Shown in pieces: positions 59,675 through 64,000 of a stretch of DNA of 64,000 bases (position 1 is its first letter; every line of letters starts with the position of its first letter). The stretch lies in NCBI GenBank assembly GCA_003021725.1, contig PXRA01000065.1, forward strand, positions 118 to 64,117, read 5' to 3'. Both the position numbers and the translations under genes were made by a program. Origin of the DNA: Halobacteriales archaeon QH_8_64_26. Lineage in GTDB: Archaea; Halobacteriota; Halobacteria; Halobacteriales; Halococcaceae. The notes under the pieces were generated by a model. It did not search any database, had not been told where the DNA came from, and was given only the letters and a program-made list of their open reading frames with translations.

Positions 59675-59826
59675 GAGCGGCCTTTTTAATCCAGGTTTTT
59701 GCGAGGAACGGTGCCCGCAGTCGTTCGAGAGAGCGGAGCTCTCTCGTGATGACAAAAGGCGCGAAGCGCCTCTTGAACCACACACCGAAGATGCGCGAGG
59801 ACACCCGACGAGCAAAAAGGTGGGTG
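59675..59826 (-). repeat. composite intergenic repeat (post-stop ACCCACC-T5-GCT, two hairpins, 28-nt block)
   Basis: In minus orientation: TAA-CACCCACCTTTTTGCTCG (59811..59826), hairpin 1 (59753..59775), hairpin 2 (59726..59746) and the 28-nt block (59675..59702). Hairpins align to 37594..37680. Confidence 0.6.
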
Positions 59827-61017
59827 TTAGATGCCCTTCCTCATCAAGTGGCTGCGGAGGATATCGTCTTCCTTGTTGCCCGCGGCGGTATTGAGCAACA
59901 CGAGGGTCTCCTCGCCGCCGAACTCGCCGTCGGCAGCGAGCTTCCAGGCTCCGCTCGCGGCCGCCGCACACGTCGCGCCTATCTCCAAGCCCTCCTGTTG
60001 GGCGACCGCGATCGCGCTGTCGAGGATGTCCTCGTCGGGCGTTGCGACCGCCCCACCGTCGCTCTCGCGTAGCGCTTCTAAGATCCAGGGACTCGCGCCA
60101 GGATCGGAGACCTCGATGCCCCCACAGATCGTATCGGGCGTCTCCCAGGCGTCGTGCTGGTCGTTCCCCTCCTCCCATGCCTCGACGACCGGGGCACAGC
60201 CCGCGGACTGGGCGGCATAGAACCGAGGAATCCCCTCGCCTAACCCCAGACGCTCGAACTCCCGTGCACCTTTATACATCCCGATCAGGCCGACGCCGCC
60301 GCCGGTCGGGTAGAACACGGCGTCGGGCACGTCCCAGTCGAGCTGTTCTGCGATCTCGTAGTACATCGTCTTCTTGCCCTCGTGGCGGTAGGGCGTGACG
60401 AACGTTGCCGTCGAGTACCAGTCGTGCTCGGAAATCGCGTCCTCGGCGGCCGCGCCCGCGTCGCTCAGTCGCCCTTCGACGACGGTCATATCCCCTCCGT
60501 GAACGTTTACCATCGCCTTGTTGACAAAGTTCGATCTGGAGGGTAAGAAGACGTGCGAGTCGATGCCTGCGCGGGCGGCATACGCCGATGCGGCCTGCCC
60601 GGCGTTGCCAGCCGAGGCGAGCGCGACGTCGCTCGTGCCGCGCTGGGCGGCCGCCGAGACTGCGAGGGCGTGGCCCCGATCCTTGAACGACCCGGTGGGA
60701 TTCCGGCCTTCGTCCTTGATGTAGACCTCCGCGACGCCCAGCTCCGCGGCGAGACCGGGACACTCGATAAGGGGGGTGGTCCCTTCCTCCATCGTCACCG
60801 ACGCTTCCTCCGGGAAGGGAAGGAGTTCCTCGTAGCGCCACATGCCGTCGAAGGATCGCGCTTCGAGGTCCGCTTGCGAGAGAGCGATCTCTTCGTAGTC
60901 GTAGGTCGGGTCGAGGATACCCCCACACTCCGGGCAGCGATGAGTCGCTTCCTCGGCACTGAAGTATTCCTCACAGTCCCTGCAGTCGAGCCCGCCGAAG
61001 GCCGGTGTCGTCTCCAT
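59827..61017 (-). CDS. thrC: threonine synthase (PLP-dependent) with N-terminal zinc ribbon
   Basis: CRDC...CPECGG at the N-terminus, NPTGSFKDRG PLP-lysine motif and GNAGQA. Confidence 0.9.
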   Translation of the reverse strand: METTPAFGGLDCRDCEEYFSAEEATHRCPECGGILDPTYDYEEIALSQADLEARSFDGMWRYEELLPFPEEASVTMEEGTTPLIECPGLAAELGVAEVYIKDEGRNPTGSFKDRGHALAVSAAAQRGTSDVALASAGNAGQAASAYAARAGIDSHVFLPSRSNFVNKAMVNVHGGDMTVVEGRLSDAGAAAEDAISEHDWYSTATFVTPYRHEGKKTMYYEIAEQLDWDVPDAVFYPTGGGVGLIGMYKGAREFERLGLGEGIPRFYAAQSAGCAPVVEAWEEGNDQHDAWETPDTICGGIEVSDPGASPWILEALRESDGGAVATPDEDILDSAIAVAQQEGLEIGATCAAAASGAWKLAADGEFGGEETLVLLNTAAGNKEDDILRSHLMRKGI

Positions 61018-61202
61018 GCTGGCGCTCGGGGAGAGAGCGACTAATCCCTGTTCATCGTCCGACCGTCGTTAAGCGACGTGGCGCCATCCCCGCCGGACGA
61101 TCGGGATCGAGAACCGGCGACCACTGACCCGATCGGAGTGCTCTTCGGCCACACAGCGACGGGGTTGAGAGACGTTTTGTAGCCAGCAACCACACTCCCT
61201 CC

Positions 61203-62531
61203 ATGACCGATGTAGTCGTCGTGGGCGCTGGCCTCGCCGGGCTGACCGCGGCCCGCCATCTCGCCGATAGCGGACTAAACGTCGAGGTACTCGAAAAGCG
61301 GAGCGAGGTCGGCGGTCGGGTTCGCTCCGGGGCCCGAGACGGGTTCGTCCTCGATCGCGGCTTTCAGGTACTTTTCACTGCCTACCCGGCCGCGCGACGC
61401 GAACTCGACTTCGAGGCGCTCTCCCTGTGGAAGTTCACCCCCGGCGCGACGATCGCCCGGCCGGGAGAGAGGTCCGTCCTCGCCGATCCGCTGCGGGCCC
61501 CGCGCTCGCTGCCCGCGACGCTTTCGAACCCCAACGTCAGGTTCGCCGACGCCCTGCGCGTACTCCGCCTCCAGCGCGAACTCGCCCGGAAGACCTATAA
61601 TGAAATCCTCGCCGGTGCGGAGAGCGAGGAGGAGGACCGGTCTATCGGGACCTATCTGGCCGAGCGGGGCTTCTCGAAACGCTTCGTCGAGCGCTTCTTC
61701 GCGCCCTTCTATGGGGGTATCACGCTCGATCGGTCGCTGTCGAGTTCGAAGGCCGTCTTCGAGTACACCTTCAAGACGCTCGCCGAGGGGGAGATCGTCG
61801 TTCCCGCTCGGGGTATGGGCGCGATCACCGGCCAGCTCGCCGACAACGCGCGGGCAGCGGGTGCCTCGCTGTCACTCGACAGCGCCGTCGAAGGAGTAGA
61901 CGCGAACGGCGAGGACGCGACGATCGCACTCGACGGCGAGACGCTTTCGGCCAACGCCGCCGTGGTGGCAACCGATCCCCGGATGGCTGGCGATCTCCTC
62001 GGTTCCACGGGCGTCGAAGGAATTCCCACCGAAGCGCGGGGTTGTATCACCCAGTACTACTCGTTGCCGGCGAGCCAACACCCGAAAACGGGCAAACGCC
62101 TACTACTCAACGCTCGGAACGCCTTCCCGAACGAGGTGGTGCCCCTCTCGAAGGTCGCCCCGACGTACGCTCCCGATGGGCGGGAGTTGCTCAGCGCGAC
62201 CTTCCTGCCAGAACGGGAGAATCACAATGGGAGCGACGAGGAAGACGACGCGGTCTTCGAAGCGAGCGACGCGGACCTGGCCGGCGCGACCCGGCGGGCG
62301 CTCGCGGCGTGGTATCCCAAGCGTCGCTTCGAGCGCCTCGAAGCGATCCACACCGATCGACTCCCCTTCGCGCAGTTCGCCCAGCCGCCGGGCTTTCGGG
62401 CCTCCCTGCCCGGGGTAGAGGCCCCGGAGGGACGAGCGTACCTCGCAGGGGAGTACACCGGCTGGTCCTCGATCGACGCCGCCCTCGAAAGCGGTCGTCG
62501 GGCCGCCGCAGCCGCGATCGACGATCTGTAG
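61203..62531 (+). CDS. NAD(P)/FAD-dependent oxidoreductase (amine oxidase / phytoene desaturase-like)
   Basis: VVVVGAGLAGLTAARHL...VLEKRSEVGGR dinucleotide-binding motif and the C-terminal GEYT...SIDAALESG motif. Confidence 0.8.
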   Translation: MTDVVVVGAGLAGLTAARHLADSGLNVEVLEKRSEVGGRVRSGARDGFVLDRGFQVLFTAYPAARRELDFEALSLWKFTPGATIARPGERSVLADPLRAPRSLPATLSNPNVRFADALRVLRLQRELARKTYNEILAGAESEEEDRSIGTYLAERGFSKRFVERFFAPFYGGITLDRSLSSSKAVFEYTFKTLAEGEIVVPARGMGAITGQLADNARAAGASLSLDSAVEGVDANGEDATIALDGETLSANAAVVATDPRMAGDLLGSTGVEGIPTEARGCITQYYSLPASQHPKTGKRLLLNARNAFPNEVVPLSKVAPTYAPDGRELLSATFLPERENHNGSDEEDDAVFEASDADLAGATRRALAAWYPKRRFERLEAIHTDRLPFAQFAQPPGFRASLPGVEAPEGRAYLAGEYTGWSSIDAALESGRRAAAAAIDDL

Positions 62532-62599
62532 CCGTTCTTCCGTCCCTCCTCTCCGGGTTTCATCGAGGTCGTCGGGTTGCTGGAAACCGCTTATAATGC

Positions 62600-63376
62600 C
62601 TACAACATCGACCGGAACTCCGCCAGTGGTGGGAACCACAGCGTCTCCTCGCTCCCTTCGTCGTAAACGATCGGCCGAAACTCCCCCAGATCGGTGAGAA
62701 GCGGCGACTGGAGGTCCCGAGCGTGGAGCCCGTTGATCTCGACGCCGCCGGCCAGTCGCGTGAAGGCAGGCAGCATCAACACGTCCGCGTTCCCATACGC
62801 ACCGGGTCCGTAGAGATAGCAAGGTCGCCGCTGGCCTTCGATCTCGATCGCCGGGTGATCGTGGCCGATGACGTAGGTGCCGGCCTCCGTTTCGGGCGGC
62901 TCGTGACCGTGAGTAACGACGATCGTCCCGTCTCGCTTCCCCGAACGGGTGTTTCCGTTCTCACCGTTGTCCTCGCCCTCGCCGCTGGTGTCCTCCCGGG
63001 CTCGCGTTCGGGCTTCGAGTGTGAACTCCACGACGCTAGCCCCGCTCCAGAGCCCGCCGAGCATCGCGTCGTGGTTGCCGGGCGTGATGGCTAGTTCCGT
63101 GTCCCGTGATTCGACCAGCCGAACGGCCCTGTCGAAGGACTCGGCGGCCTCGCCGGGCGTGCCCGAAAAGGAGTGCAATACGTCGCCCGCGAACACGACC
63201 CTGGTGGGTCTGTACCGATCGAGGAGGTCCTCTAGTCGGCTTGTGATGTCCCGCCGTTCGCCGAGCGGGACCTGGACGGCCGAGGTCGCCGCGCGCCCGA
63301 GATGGAGATCCGCGAGAACAAGGGTCCCCGCACCCGGCAGGTAGAGCGCCCGGTCGCGGAACTCGGCGTCGATCAT
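62600..63376 (-). CDS. metallophosphoesterase (calcineurin-like)
   Basis: ATG at 63376 (MIDAEFRDRALYLP). LADLHLG, AGDVLH, GNHD, THGH and GHDHP metal-binding motifs. Confidence 0.8.
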   Translation of the reverse strand: MIDAEFRDRALYLPGAGTLVLADLHLGRAATSAVQVPLGERRDITSRLEDLLDRYRPTRVVFAGDVLHSFSGTPGEAAESFDRAVRLVESRDTELAITPGNHDAMLGGLWSGASVVEFTLEARTRAREDTSGEGEDNGENGNTRSGKRDGTIVVTHGHEPPETEAGTYVIGHDHPAIEIEGQRRPCYLYGPGAYGNADVLMLPAFTRLAGGVEINGLHARDLQSPLLTDLGEFRPIVYDEGSEETLWFPPLAEFRSML

Positions 63377-63784
63377 CGCCTGGATGTGAGCGCCGGGCCG
63401 ACAAAGCCGTGACGCGAGCGTTCCGGTCGATCGGGCATCCGATCGGCGTGGCTGCCCGAGTTGACCCTGTTCGGTCGTGGTGTTCGTCGGGGTCGATTCC
63501 GCCACGGCCGTCTCAGTCGTCGGAGCTGCCTCGGTCGCCGCCGGCTCCGCAGTAGCCTCCGCGTCCGTGGTCGTGGTCGTTTCGCTCGTCTGCTCCGACT
63601 CGGTGGGGGTCGCCTCCTCAGTTGTCACCGGCTCCGCAGTGACCCACGTACCGGCGGCGACCGAGACGCTGGCGGACTCGGTGTCGCTCATCGCCGCCTG
63701 CGTACCGCAACCGACGGTGAACCCCGTGGCAGCGACGACGAGCAATCCGAGAAGCACCGCCGCTTCGGTTCTCTTAGCCGCCAT
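63377..63784 (-). other. in-frame upstream extension encoding a SipW-type signal peptide and T/E-rich region
   Basis: MAAKRTEAAVLLGLLVVAATGFTVGCGTQAAMSDTESASVSVAAGTW resembles the SipW-cognate signal-peptide class. No stop separates it from the phosphoesterase. Confidence 0.45.
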
Positions 63785-64000
63785 CGTTTCCCCCCTCCAC
63801 TGGAGTCGCTCGCCTCGGTCCTCTCGGCTCGCTCGGCCCGGTTGGTGCGCACCGCGAGGAAGAGGTCGTACAGTTCGCTCGCTGCGAACAGGGCCGTCGG
63901 CACGATCACGAGCGCGACGATGCCATATGGCGAGCCGGCGTAGACGATTAGCTGCCCGAGGACCGGAACTGAGAACGTCCGCTCCCCGACGAGCGCCTCG
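63688..64000 (-). CDS. partial CDS (N-terminus outside window), likely archaeal S26/Sec11-type signal peptidase C-terminus
   Basis: The frame is open to the window edge: ...FSVPVLGQLIVYAGSPYGIVALVIVPTALFAASELYDLFLAVRT, a C-terminal TM anchor typical of haloarchaeal signal peptidases. The R-rich tail after the C6 run (63790..63795) looks frameshifted. Confidence 0.45.
   Translation of the reverse strand, partial: EALVGERTFSVPVLGQLIVYAGSPYGIVALVIVPTALFAASELYDLFLAVRTNRAERAERTEASDSSGGGKRWRLREPKRRCFSDCSSSLPRGSPSVAVRRRR

Overview
High-GC, acidic-proteome DNA with archaeal information-processing genes (PriL, TFB, aIF-1A, SRP19, Gar1) and a PGF-CTERM protein, so this is a haloarchaeal (Halobacteria) chromosome segment. 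It is gene-dense and mostly core or metabolic. It holds a cytochrome oxidase subunit I with small membrane genes. It holds an acetate/acyl-CoA neighbourhood (SSS+DUF4212 symporter, Liv-type ABC transporter, acs, acyl-CoA mutase). It also holds a thiamine-salvage locus (ThiR-like regulator, SSS transporter, two TenA genes), a BtuCDF-like ABC system, aroD, thrC and a GT2-flippase fusion. I found no rRNA, tRNA, CRISPR array, transposase or integrase, and no clear intact multi-gene novel system. The leads most worth a second look are: (1) an AT-rich ~0.85 kb insertion at 50490-51335 carrying a decayed foreign ORF; (2) a dispersed intergenic repeat with two hairpins and compensatory substitutions, plus a 28-nt module inverted around aroD; (3) an identical 11-mer in the promoters of the thiamine locus; (4) decayed toxin-antitoxin parts (Doc, MNT) and an ABM gene with no canonical start; (5) a SipW-type signal-peptide ORF fused in frame to a metallophosphoesterase; (6) two stop/start-coupled or orphan membrane micro-ORFs. 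Many frame breaks sit at G/C homopolymers, so assembly indels are a real alternative to pseudogenisation.
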